DNA of 64,000 bases from IMG/VR virus record IMGVR_UViG_3300049052_000033, positions 8,365 through 72,364 of that record; one strand, given 5' to 3'. Source of the DNA: a virus. Taxonomy: Duplodnaviria; Caudoviricetes. Both the position numbers and the translations under genes were made by a program. Shown here piece after piece: positions 40,264-49,196 of the stretch (position 1 is its first letter; each line of letters starts with the position of its first letter). Below the pieces are notes generated by a model, which saw nothing but the letters and a program-made list of their open reading frames with translations, searched no databases and was not told the origin of the DNA.

Positions 40264-40863
40264 TCAGGCCGCAACGACCGCGTCTTCGACGTGCTTGCGT
40301 TCGGACAGGATAGCCAGCTGCTGTTCCCTGGAGCGCAGGGCTGCCAGCTTCTCGGTCAGCCCGATCTTGGTGTCGGCTTTGAGGCGGGCCGGGGTGGCCA
40401 TGCGGTCCAGCAGCGCTTCCAGAGAATCGGCATCCTTCACGCTGTGGAAGGTCTTGTCCTTGTTAATGAAGACCAGGCTGTACTTTTTGCGGCCCAGCAG
40501 CTCGCACACATTAGTCAGGGTGCCGGTGCTCTTGCAATCCCAGATCATCAGGCCCGTGTCGGCCTTCTCCGCCATGGCGACGTCCTTCACCGTAAAGAAC
40601 GCGCGCGAGCCGGGCTTGTGGTAGGTGCTGACCTGGTGCAGTGGCCAGTTGCCAATGTTATTGCGGGCGCGGTCGCCGGTGCAGAAGACCGTGACGCGGT
40701 CGACGTGTTCTTCCCACAGGAACTGCTGGATGGACGTGTCGACACCGTCGGCGTCGCCCACCACAATATCATGGCCCAGCGTGATGATATTCATCAGGCG
40801 TTCCTGCACTTTGAAGTCCAGGTGTTTAATGGCCATCGAGCCGGCAATAAATACGGTCGTCAT
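40264..40863 (-). CDS. SLOG/DprA-like Rossmann-fold protein
   Basis: VFIAGS...IVVGDADGVD...DVAMA..AD.GLMIWD.KS.GT..N motif set. Confidence 0.75.
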   Translation of the reverse strand: MTTVFIAGSMAIKHLDFKVQERLMNIITLGHDIVVGDADGVDTSIQQFLWEEHVDRVTVFCTGDRARNNIGNWPLHQVSTYHKPGSRAFFTVKDVAMAEKADTGLMIWDCKSTGTLTNVCELLGRKKYSLVFINKDKTFHSVKDADSLEALLDRMATPARLKADTKIGLTEKLAALRSREQQLAILSERKHVEDAVVAA

Positions 40864-40867
40864 GGTT

Positions 40868-41455
40868 TTATCTCCACGTCAGCGTTGCAACATAAATCGA
40901 CCCTATTTTCTCATAAGTGCGCAACACATCGCATGCGGCGTCCAAAGAAGCGCCGCTATGATACAAGTCATCCACTACGAGGGCCGCCCATTTACCGTTA
41001 TTTTGAATGACGGGATTCAAGGTAATCTGCCCGGCGAGCGCTGCCACCTTTTCTTCGCGGGTATTGAGGTTCTTCAGCGACGGACCGCCGGGCGCCTTGA
41101 TCAGCATATTCTCAAACACCGGTTTGTCCAGTAGCTTACCCAGTGCTTCCGCCACCTGGTACACCGGCTGCACGGTCCTGACATTACTGGCTGGCATAGG
41201 GATGATCATGCCGAACTTGGGCAGCAGTGGCACGATATGGTCTCTGACCGCCTCCGCCAAATGCGCGACCTGGCTGTGGTCTTGCCGGTATTTCAGCTGG
41301 AAAGTGGCTTCCCCGGCTTCGGTGCGCACCGTCTCAAATTGCATGTGCCCATACTCGTTATAGCCGATGGGGGTGCTGTATTTCGAATGCTTGTCGAGCG
41401 CATAGCCGCTGTCGAAGTGCCCGGTAAGCGGACGAAGGTTCACCTGCATGGCCAT
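40868..41455 (-). CDS. ComF-like phosphoribosyltransferase
   Basis: LKY, IIPMPAS..R..QPV, LVVDDLYHSGASL PRPP-binding loop; AAGGAGG RBS. Confidence 0.85.
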   Translation of the reverse strand: MAMQVNLRPLTGHFDSGYALDKHSKYSTPIGYNEYGHMQFETVRTEAGEATFQLKYRQDHSQVAHLAEAVRDHIVPLLPKFGMIIPMPASNVRTVQPVYQVAEALGKLLDKPVFENMLIKAPGGPSLKNLNTREEKVAALAGQITLNPVIQNNGKWAALVVDDLYHSGASLDAACDVLRTYEKIGSIYVATLTWR

Positions 41456-41486
41456 AGGGGCCTCCTTGAATGGATGAGATAGGGAC

Positions 41487-41514
41487 ATGATAGGGAGGAA
41501 AGACCATGTTTCAA
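41487..41514 (-). promoter_or_regulatory. Sigma70-like promoter for PRTase-SLOG pair
   Basis: TTGAAA-16-TATCAT on minus strand. Confidence 0.5.
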
Positions 41515-41568
41515 GAGCACTATGTCAGATTGCTGAAAAAATATCTTGGTTGCCTTGAATCGGCAGTG

Positions 41569-41598
41569 AACGCGTGATTATTCCTCTAATCACGCGTT
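41569..41598. repeat. Perfect 12-6-12 inverted repeat, candidate tyrosine-recombinase core (res) site
   Basis: AACGCGTGATTA-TTCCTC-TAATCACGCGTT, just upstream of a TAGACG-17-TAAAGT promoter of the resolvase operon. Confidence 0.65.
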
Positions 41599-41661
41599 GC
41601 TAGACGAGCGTTAAAAGCAGGCGTAAAGTTTCAAAACTCACATTCTCTGAAGGATTAAAAC

Positions 41662-41904
41662 ATGGCCACCAAACACCCAAACCACGCCGAACTCACCGCG
41701 GCCGCCAAACTCTGCCTGGAACGCGTCCGCAACAACTGGGTCGGCGCCAACGCCATCGGTGGCAATCCGGATGCGTATCACTTTGACGGCCAGGCCAAGG
41801 GCATCTTTGACTTGTGGTGCGAAGCCACCGGCGTGGCGATGTATTCGCAGGACTGGGTAGCACTGGATCAGCTGGTCAAGTCCGTCACAGCATCGAAGCG
41901 CTGA
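41662..41904 (+). CDS. Small hypothetical protein (paralogue of 42297..42548)
   Basis: AAGGA RBS; AELT...A.G..DLW...T motif. Confidence 0.65.
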   Translation: MATKHPNHAELTAAAKLCLERVRNNWVGANAIGGNPDAYHFDGQAKGIFDLWCEATGVAMYSQDWVALDQLVKSVTASKR

Positions 41905-41931
41905 GCGACACCACGCACAACGGAATTCACC

Positions 41932-42300
41932 ATGCCGACCGACGACAAGAAACCATATCGGGATTTACTGATTCTCCTTGGCCATACCGGCAGTGCCGCG
42001 TCTGTGCTCAACAAGCTGCATGCCCAGATGGTCAAGATCCACGACCCGCACCTGAAGGCGCTGTGCGACCAGGTCGTGGCGTTCTTCATCGAGAAGCCGC
42101 AATTCACCGGCTGGAAGAAGTTCCAGCTGCTGGACTTCGCTCACCAGTACGGCGCCAACAGCGGCGACTACCGCGCGACCTCCAAGGCGATCAACGCTGC
42201 ACGGGAACATTGCGAGGCGCGCCTCGCATCCACCATGCCGGCGTGGCAGCAGATCGCCCTCGACCACGGCTGGGCGCCACCAACAAGGAGCACACCATGA
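41932..42300 (+). CDS. Hypothetical protein (122 aa)
   Basis: ORF in operon, ATGA coupling. Confidence 0.65.
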   Translation: MPTDDKKPYRDLLILLGHTGSAASVLNKLHAQMVKIHDPHLKALCDQVVAFFIEKPQFTGWKKFQLLDFAHQYGANSGDYRATSKAINAAREHCEARLASTMPAWQQIALDHGWAPPTRSTP

Positions 42301-42548
42301 GCAAGACCTGGACCTATGCGGAACTGACGCAGGAGACTGAACGCGCGCTGATCTTCTGGGCTGAAGTCGCCAGCGACGCCCGTGCCGGCGGCGAGAGCAA
42401 TGGCCAAAGCCATAACTGCCGCACCCGGGCCACCGGCGCCCTCGACCTGTGGAACCGACTGACGGAAGGCTATTCGACGGTCGAGGACACGAAGCGCTTG
42501 CTGGCCCTGTCGAAAGCAGTCGACCCGAGTCCCTTCGACCACGGGTAA
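42297..42548 (+). CDS. Small hypothetical protein (paralogue of 41662..41904)
   Basis: AGGAG RBS; AELT...A.GALDLW..LT motif. Confidence 0.65.
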   Translation: MSKTWTYAELTQETERALIFWAEVASDARAGGESNGQSHNCRTRATGALDLWNRLTEGYSTVEDTKRLLALSKAVDPSPFDHG

Positions 42549-42551
42549 CTT

Positions 42552-43691
42552 GTGAGCGGCAGCGACAAACCATCCGACGCGGGCGCGGTGCTGCCTTTCA
42601 TACACCAGGTGCTGCTGCCGGCATTGCCGGCTCCCGGCACCCTGACTAACGCCAGCACCGACGACCAGATCATCGCGCTGTGGCTGGCCCGACCGCGTAT
42701 CTCCAGCCGCACCCACCGCAACGGCGGCAAGGATGCATTGCGCTTCCAGCTCTGGTGCCGGGCCTACGGTCTCGGGCTCAAGGATGTACGCTACGAACAC
42801 CTGGTGGCGTACACCGCCTTCCTTGCCAAGATCCCGGCGGAGTGGATCAACCCAGTCAAACTGCCACGCACGGACCCTGACTGGCGGCCGTTCGCCCGGC
42901 AGCTGTCCGATCGCTCGCAACGTCAGGCGATGATCGTCATCAAGTCACTGCTGACGTGGATGCACAACGCGGAATACCTGCCCAAGAATCCGGCCAAGCT
43001 CTTGGGCAAACTGAACCTGCCGCTGGGCGAGACCGTCACTCGCTACCTGCCGACAGCCGGCATCGATTACCTATACCGCGCCGCCGATGGAATGCCGGCC
43101 GACAAGCCATCCGATATCCTACGGCGCGCCCGGGCCCGGTTTCTGGTGCGGGCCTATTACAACACAGCGACGCGTCTGTCCGAACTCGTCAACGCCAACA
43201 TGGATAGTCTGCGCCCGGACGACCACGGCGAATGGTGGCTGCATGTGATCGGCAAGGGCAACAAGGCTGGTCAGGTTCCGGTGCCCGCTGACCTGGTTGA
43301 AGAATATGGGCGGTACCGCCATGCTTTCGGGCTGCCTACCTATCCCGACGACGGTGAGGAATTACCACTGCTGCTTACCAGCCGCGGGCCCGTGCGTCGC
43401 TTGTCCGATTACGCAGCAGGCCGGGCGATCAAGCAGCTGCTACAGGCCGCTGCCCAGCTGGCGAAAGACGACGGCCAGCATCACCTGGTCAAACGCCTGA
43501 AACAAGCTTCTACCCACTGGCTGCGCCATTCCATACTGACCCATCAAGTCAATGCGGGCATGCCGATCAAGACCGTGCAATTGAATGCGCGTCACGCCGA
43601 TATCAGCACGACAGGCCACTACGTCCACAAGGAAGGACGCGAACGCCATGCCGAAACAGTAGCTGCCCTGGAAGCGCTGAACAAACGCTGA
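42552..43691 (+). CDS. Tyrosine recombinase, plasmid resolvase type
   Basis: TRLSEL (R), GKGNK (K), HWLRHS (HxxR), HADISTTGHY (H/Y); no arm-binding N-terminal domain. Confidence 0.9.
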   Translation: MSGSDKPSDAGAVLPFIHQVLLPALPAPGTLTNASTDDQIIALWLARPRISSRTHRNGGKDALRFQLWCRAYGLGLKDVRYEHLVAYTAFLAKIPAEWINPVKLPRTDPDWRPFARQLSDRSQRQAMIVIKSLLTWMHNAEYLPKNPAKLLGKLNLPLGETVTRYLPTAGIDYLYRAADGMPADKPSDILRRARARFLVRAYYNTATRLSELVNANMDSLRPDDHGEWWLHVIGKGNKAGQVPVPADLVEEYGRYRHAFGLPTYPDDGEELPLLLTSRGPVRRLSDYAAGRAIKQLLQAAAQLAKDDGQHHLVKRLKQASTHWLRHSILTHQVNAGMPIKTVQLNARHADISTTGHYVHKEGRERHAETVAALEALNKR

Positions 43692-43697
43692 TCCGGG

Positions 43698-43734
43698 AAT
43701 TATTCCCGGGGAATAATCGCTAAGTCTTTGATTT
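43698..43734. repeat. Palindromic repeat copy 1 (ATTATTCCC-G-GGGAATAAT...TAA-N4-TTGATTT), candidate parS
   Basis: 26 bp identical to copy 2. Confidence 0.6.
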
Positions 43735-43794
43735 GACTAGACTGACAGGAATATGGGGACGAATTAACGCCACAGAATTCCTATCGATGCCGCC

Positions 43795-43831
43795 AATTAT
43801 TCCCGGGGAATAATCGCTAACTCATTGATTT
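43795..43831. repeat. Palindromic repeat copy 2, candidate parS
   Basis: AATTATTCCCGGGGAATAATCGCTAA repeated 97 bp after copy 1. Confidence 0.6.
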
Positions 43832-44021
43832 ATAACGGATTCCTGTCACCCCGCCGCACGACAACCGAACAAGAAAAAACAAGCCATCCCACAATCAGCA
43901 CCCCTGGCCAAGCCGATTCCGCGCGAATTTGCTACGCAAATTTCCCCAGCTCCCGCTGGGTCGCTTCGGCTGCTTAAAGACCATCCGTATATCAATAAGC
44001 GAATTGCGATTGCCAGCTCTT

Positions 44022-45221
44022 TCATCCATCAAGCAATAGATTCGGCAGACCAAAATTCACAGGACCAGCGTCAAACACCCCCGGCTCAACACCCACCGCT
44101 GACCCCGCAGGTACCTGATGTGCACCATACTTAACAGTGCTTTGCTGAGCGCGCACTGTCTCCAGAGTGGCGACCGGCGCCGGCTGCAGGGCCGACTCAA
44201 GCAGGTGTTTATAGCTGGCTACCGTCTGGCGAGAGAGGCGGGCGACCTTAGCCACTGCGGTCTGCGTCAGCTTCACGCCCTGGTCGAGGAGCTGCCGGCA
44301 GGCGCCACGGATTTTCGATTCAGTGGCCTGGTGGCGCCGGCCGTGCGTGCGCTCGGCGGCCATGCGCTGGCGAACTTGCAGCGGAAGGCTGTCGTCCAGC
44401 TGCATCACCCCTCGATGGCATCCTCCGCTGCCTTTGTAGTAGGTCCATGTCCAGCGGGCCACAGACCGCACAGTCGATCGCAGCGACGACAACGGAAGGT
44501 TCTCGGCGAATCCATATTTGTGGAAGCTGTTATGGTTGTGGGCGAAGGCATCCAGCAATCGCGAGAACCCTTCGAACGTCCCGTTAGACCGCTCGCGGTT
44601 CACGATGGAGTAGGCGTAGTGGCGCAGCAGCTCAAACAGGATGCAGTGACGGGACTGGGCGACGTCTTCGACATTGGCTTGTTTTGCCCAGGGCGCAGTG
44701 CGTTCCAGCTCGACATGGTCGGCCAGCTCCCCCAGCTCGTACTCGTGCGCATGCAGTTCGTCGGTTAACCACCAGCGATGACCTGGTGTCTTGGCGACGG
44801 GGCCGCTGTGGAAGCTGCGGTCCGCATCCAGCCTGGCCGCCATTGCTTCGTAGATCGCCTTCATATAGGCAATCGGTTTGTCGCGTGCCGCCTCAGTCGT
44901 GCAGACCGGGACGATGGCGTAGAACAGGTGGCTTTTCCCGCTTTGCCTGTTGCGCACGATCAGGTTTGGTGCCGGCAGGCCCACGTCCTCCCAGCGCATC
45001 GCATGAGAGTGGTCCAGGTCGAAGATTAGCCAGCTGACGAACCCCGGGCGGTTGACCTGCATGTACGGGTAGCGAATGGCGTACTCGCGCGGCCGCACAC
45101 GCGTCGCGGTCTTATCGTCGCTACACCTGGGGTAATACGGGGCTTCCGTCAGGACGCGCGACAGCGCCGTCCCTTCCTGGAAGAACCGTTGTTGCGATTC
45201 TTCAATCTTAGGCACGAACAT
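44022..45221 (-). CDS. repA: Plasmid replication initiator, ColE2-type (Replicase + PriCT + HTH)
   Basis: PYYPRCSDDK, YPYMQVN, WLIFDLDH, PAPN..V.N..SG..HL.Y, SRHC.LFE.LR..AY, C-terminal HTH; GAGG RBS. Confidence 0.9.
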   Translation of the reverse strand: MFVPKIEESQQRFFQEGTALSRVLTEAPYYPRCSDDKTATRVRPREYAIRYPYMQVNRPGFVSWLIFDLDHSHAMRWEDVGLPAPNLIVRNRQSGKSHLFYAIVPVCTTEAARDKPIAYMKAIYEAMAARLDADRSFHSGPVAKTPGHRWWLTDELHAHEYELGELADHVELERTAPWAKQANVEDVAQSRHCILFELLRHYAYSIVNRERSNGTFEGFSRLLDAFAHNHNSFHKYGFAENLPLSSLRSTVRSVARWTWTYYKGSGGCHRGVMQLDDSLPLQVRQRMAAERTHGRRHQATESKIRGACRQLLDQGVKLTQTAVAKVARLSRQTVASYKHLLESALQPAPVATLETVRAQQSTVKYGAHQVPAGSAVGVEPGVFDAGPVNFGLPNLLLDG

Positions 45222-45254
45222 AGCCATCCTCGCCCCCAAAAGGGGGTAAAGTGG

Positions 45255-45283
45255 TTGACAGGGGCTAAGAGGGGGTCTAAGAT
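45255..45283 (+). promoter_or_regulatory. Strong sigma70 promoter antisense to repA leader
   Basis: TTGACA-17-TAAGAT. Confidence 0.75.
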
Positions 45284-45289
45284 GAAGCT

Positions 45290-45390
45290 TCCTAGTAAGG
45301 GGGTTCCAGCCCCCTGACGCTGCATCCAGTACCATCGACTCTGTAGCTGTACATGAAACGCCTCGGTTCCAGCCGGGGCGTTTCGCTTTT
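45290..45390 (+). ncRNA. Predicted counter-transcribed copy-control RNA (~100 nt)
   Basis: Promoter upstream; stem-loops 45298-45315 and 45355-45384 with identical TTCCAG loops; T tract 45387-45390. Confidence 0.6.
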
Positions 45391-45487
45391 CAGGGTCCGG
45401 TTATCGGTCCATGTGGTTCCTTTGTCCAAATACGTCGAAACCCGACCAAAGGCCGGGTTTCGCGGTTTACGGGTTAACGATTAGACT

Positions 45488-45523
45488 ATTATTCCCGGGG
45501 AATATTACATAAGCCATTGATTT
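45488..45523. repeat. Palindromic repeat copy 3 directly downstream of parB, candidate parS
   Basis: ATTATTCCCGGGGAATATT...TAA...TTGATTT. Confidence 0.6.
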
Positions 45524-46478
45524 AATTGACTTTCATGTCTTTTTTCTGCTGCGTCAAACGCTCCAGAGCTTCCTCGATGGCACGGCGCACCTCCGCCATA
45601 TCTAGATCCGGGTCGGCCAGGCGCGTTACGATATCGCGATCCTTTTCCAGCGTAACAAAGCACGCGTCCCCCGACGGGTAGGGGATATGGTGCCGCCCTC
45701 GCTGGGTGCTTGTCCGCTCAGTCTTACTTTTTACTTTGTTGCTTACAGCTTGTGCAACCCATGCCCGGAGGCCGTTTTGTTCGACACCTGGTTCGACTAA
45801 GCGACGAATACCTGCGATGACCAATTCGCTGTGTTCCGGATATTGATCCCACAGCGCCTGGACAACAGCGGCTGCCTTCGCACCGAATAACCCCGGTTCC
45901 TTGTCCAGCTCGTCCAATATCGGCTTGGGCAGGTCGAGCATACTCAGGCATTTCGATACCTTTCCCTGCGAACAGCCCCAAAGCTCGGCCACTCCCGACT
46001 GGCTCGACGCGAAGCCGTCGTCCAGCGCCTCGCGGAACATCAACGCATGTTCGTAGTCGGTATTAGGCCGGCTGGTATTGTCCAGCCAGACGTCCAGCTT
46101 CGCCTGCCGATCATCACGTACAACCACAAGCGCCCGCAGTTCGGGAATGCCGCGATCCTTGGCGGCCCGGGTACGGGTTTCGCCTTTCAAAAGCTCATAA
46201 CGACCGTTGGCTTTTTGACGCACCGTAATCGGCGTGCGCTGGCCAGCAGTAATGAGCGTCGCGCCCACTTGGTCAACGGCAATCGGGTCAACCTTCTTGC
46301 GGCTTTGGTACGGGGAATAGTCCAGCAGATCCACGGCAATCATGCGCTCGACCGCCACGTCGGCAGTCGGCGTCTGCGCCTGATTTTGCGCCTCAGGGAG
46401 AGCGTCGAACGCGTGAGACTCGCTTCCAGCAGTAGGTGCTGCAACTTTTCCAGCTTGAATCAGTCCGGACACCTTCAT
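45522..46478 (-). CDS. parB: ParB/RepB/Spo0J partition protein
   Basis: SPYQSR, PITVR..NGRYELLKGETR.RA, HTH SQSGVAELWGCSQGKVSK. Confidence 0.9.
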   Translation of the reverse strand: MKVSGLIQAGKVAAPTAGSESHAFDALPEAQNQAQTPTADVAVERMIAVDLLDYSPYQSRKKVDPIAVDQVGATLITAGQRTPITVRQKANGRYELLKGETRTRAAKDRGIPELRALVVVRDDRQAKLDVWLDNTSRPNTDYEHALMFREALDDGFASSQSGVAELWGCSQGKVSKCLSMLDLPKPILDELDKEPGLFGAKAAAVVQALWDQYPEHSELVIAGIRRLVEPGVEQNGLRAWVAQAVSNKVKSKTERTSTQRGRHHIPYPSGDACFVTLEKDRDIVTRLADPDLDMAEVRRAIEEALERLTQQKKDMKVN

Positions 46479-47524
46479 GCAGCAGCCTCCAGGCCGTATG
46501 GCTTGATGCCGGCAAGGCGAACGTCATACAGCTTTACCAGCGATCGAGTCAGGTCGATAATCTCGCGAGCCCCCACGCTATTCAGTTCGCGCTCCAGCAC
46601 CGGCGCATTGCTGGTGACATTGGCCGGATCTGTCTCTCGCAAGAATCCGACGAAATCTCGGACAACGTTATCGTTGACTTTGCCAGGATACTTAGACAGC
46701 AACACGGAGAGATTGTCGCGATGCGGTTGGCGTGACTGGTTGAACTTATTGACCACGATATGCACGTCAAGCCTCACACCAGAATCGCGCAACGCCTGGT
46801 TAATTTCTTGCACATTCGACGCCAGCACATCCAGCGCGGTAATGGCTTGACCTTCAGGTGCCACAACGGCCAGTAACTGTTTGCTTGCCACCATGAAGCT
46901 GGTCGCCAGCAGCGAGGCCCCCGGGGCCGAGTCGATGATAATTACGTCATACTGGCTGAAAAATTCCAGTTCCGCTTCTAACAAACGCTTAAACACATGT
47001 TCCCGCGCCATAGCCCCAATCATCCAGGCATCGTCCGCCATCGTGATATCGCTCGGGATCAGGTCAAGCATGCCGCCCACGTACATTGGACGAACGGCCT
47101 CGCGGATTCTAGTTGGTTCACCGCGCGCGTTCCGCTTCATCAGCTCAGCGATGTGCGTGATCGGTTCAGCCATTGCGTCAATGCCGTAGAGGCCTGTCAG
47201 CGAAGCCTGAGGGTCCCCGTCGATTAGCAGGACCTTGTAGCCCATCAGGGCCATAGCACAAGCCACGTTGCCCGAAATGGTAGTCTTACCTACGCCGCCC
47301 TTCGCCATGCGTGTATTCATGATTGGCGGCAAGGCCAGCGGGCGCTTCGTGTCCTGAGGAATATTCAATAGCTGCATCCGAATACTGCGGATGCGCTGCG
47401 GAGAGTAAAGCTGCACGGTGCCATCGTTGGCTTCGCGGAAACGGTCACGGAACATCTTAGGTGACCCCGTGAAGCCGGTAAAATCCTGTGCGTGTTTTGG
47501 TTTAATGCCGGGGAAGTTTCGCAT
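46475..47524 (-). CDS. parA: ParA family ATPase (type Ia, N-terminal extension)
   Basis: KGGVGKTT, VLLIDGDPQASLT, YDVIIIDSAPG. Confidence 0.93.
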   Translation of the reverse strand: MRNFPGIKPKHAQDFTGFTGSPKMFRDRFREANDGTVQLYSPQRIRSIRMQLLNIPQDTKRPLALPPIMNTRMAKGGVGKTTISGNVACAMALMGYKVLLIDGDPQASLTGLYGIDAMAEPITHIAELMKRNARGEPTRIREAVRPMYVGGMLDLIPSDITMADDAWMIGAMAREHVFKRLLEAELEFFSQYDVIIIDSAPGASLLATSFMVASKQLLAVVAPEGQAITALDVLASNVQEINQALRDSGVRLDVHIVVNKFNQSRQPHRDNLSVLLSKYPGKVNDNVVRDFVGFLRETDPANVTSNAPVLERELNSVGAREIIDLTRSLVKLYDVRLAGIKPYGLEAAA

Positions 47525-47681
47525 TTGCGACCCTGTCTTAATTTTCGTTCAATGGATCATAACCGCAACTTTGGTCGCTTTTCAAGAAAAAATTACGAAA
47601 AAGCGACCTAGAACCGCAAACGAATCCGACGCCTGAAAACGCGAATTCGCTCGTTAAGTCGGAGTTAACGTTTCAAATCAA

Positions 47682-48113
47682 TTACTTAACAATTGGGAAT
47701 TTGTGCTGGCGTCCAATTTGGCGCAATCGTTGATGACCGTTGCGTAATCGCTGCTGCACGGCACCTGCGCGAACGAAGACGCCCAGCTGGGTGAAGAAGC
47801 CGACCCAGTAACCTTTGCTGGTCGAGCGGTCGAGGTAGTCGATATCGGCGGCGATTCGTCCCAGCAGGTTGGCGCCCACCTGGTGTGGACTTGCGCGTAA
47901 CGTGCGGGCCAACTGCCGCGCGAAATGACGTCCCGCCTGGCAGGCATGGTTATAGTTCGCCGGCGGGCGTGTTGCCCAAAGCGCGGTAATGCGGCCGCCG
48001 GGGCGCGACTGCTGAATAAAGGGAAGCTGATGGAAGTGGTTAGCGCCGTGCGACAGGCGCGCGCGACGATAGGGGCGCTTGAGAGCGCCGGCCCGGGATG
48101 GGCGTGGGTTCAT
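47682..48113 (-). CDS. Hypothetical protein
   Basis: 143-aa ORF ending leftward early operon; GAGGA upstream. Confidence 0.45.
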   Translation of the reverse strand: MNPRPSRAGALKRPYRRARLSHGANHFHQLPFIQQSRPGGRITALWATRPPANYNHACQAGRHFARQLARTLRASPHQVGANLLGRIAADIDYLDRSTSKGYWVGFFTQLGVFVRAGAVQQRLRNGHQRLRQIGRQHKFPIVK

Positions 48114-48380
48114 TTGATTTTCCTCTGATTTCGTTCACGATCACCCCTTGTTCAGAGAGGTGGCCAGGTGCTTGAACACGGTCAGAGAACCGCCCGCAGT
48201 TTTCCCCGAAGGTCTTATATGGACTGCACGCCACCCGGCCGTAGTCGGTATGCGCCGTACAGGCGCAGATATTCTATGGTCAAATGGCCGCGAATTGACG
48301 GATGCGACTTCCGCTCTGAGGTGTGTTCAGCACCAACGCGGAGGCTACGCGGTGTTTGCCGGATTGTCAACCGGCAACCG

Positions 48381-48578
48381 TCAATCGCCGGACTGAATTG
48401 CCATCGACCCGATCCGATCACGTGCATAGTGGTCGATGGCTTCGCGCAGGCTCGTACGCCAGCGATCTGAGCCAAAGAGGCGATACGCCGGTGCTCCGTT
48501 GTGGCTGCCAGCAACGTAACCGTGCGTGCGTTCAAGCAGGTCCAGCCGTTCGCTATCACTCAGCTGCTGGACGCTCAT
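48381..48578 (-). CDS. Small hypothetical protein (65 aa)
   Basis: ATGA coupling; SDSERLDLLE phage-type motif. Confidence 0.55.
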   Translation of the reverse strand: MSVQQLSDSERLDLLERTHGYVAGSHNGAPAYRLFGSDRWRTSLREAIDHYARDRIGSMAIQSGD

Positions 48579-49135
48579 GCCGGTGCTGCGGCCGGCGTGG
48601 CGGCGCCGGCCGCGGCTGCCGCTTCTTCGCTCATGACGCAGTCGAGTGCCTGGTTCCATTGCGTATGGCGCGGGAACACGCGGTAGCGATGATTGCGGCT
48701 GCCGACGCTCGATACCTGCAGCCGGCACATGTCCGGCCCAATATGCCAGAGGCGATCCAACGCCCACTCCAGGTAGGCGCCGTTGCGGCCTTGCACAGCG
48801 ATGACGGCACGCATCTGGTCCAGTACCGCCAATGGGTTGAACTCGGTGTGGGGTGGCAGACCAGCGGCTGCACCAATCCTGGTGAATAGCTGGTCCAGGT
48901 AATTCTCGGCGGTCGTCTTGCCGACGTCATTGAAAGCGCCACGAATAGCGCCGATGCATGCTTCCGCCTGCGCCGTGTCGACGCCATCTTCGGACTCGCA
49001 GGCCTCCACCAGCAAGCTGGCAGCCTTGTCCATCAGCAGCTGCTGTCGTTCGATCAAAGCCAGGGCAGAGGCGGCAAGTGGGTGGTTGGGTTCGGCGCGC
49101 AGGCGCTCCAGCAGGTCGGCGGTGTCAATGTTCAT
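48575..49135 (-). CDS. Hypothetical protein (186 aa)
   Basis: Start MNIDTADLL; coupled to downstream gene. Confidence 0.6.
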   Translation of the reverse strand: MNIDTADLLERLRAEPNHPLAASALALIERQQLLMDKAASLLVEACESEDGVDTAQAEACIGAIRGAFNDVGKTTAENYLDQLFTRIGAAAGLPPHTEFNPLAVLDQMRAVIAVQGRNGAYLEWALDRLWHIGPDMCRLQVSSVGSRNHRYRVFPRHTQWNQALDCVMSEEAAAAAGAATPAAAPA

Positions 49136-49196
49136 GGGCTGTCGGATAAAGAAAGGGCGGCACGCAGGCCGCCCGGGTGGGTCGTAGTCAATGCGG

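Noticed and set aside
41569-45523. Protelomerase target indicating a linear N15-like plasmid prophage
   Set aside because: Palindromes are short or have spacers, and no protelomerase gene is seen; one could still lie outside the window
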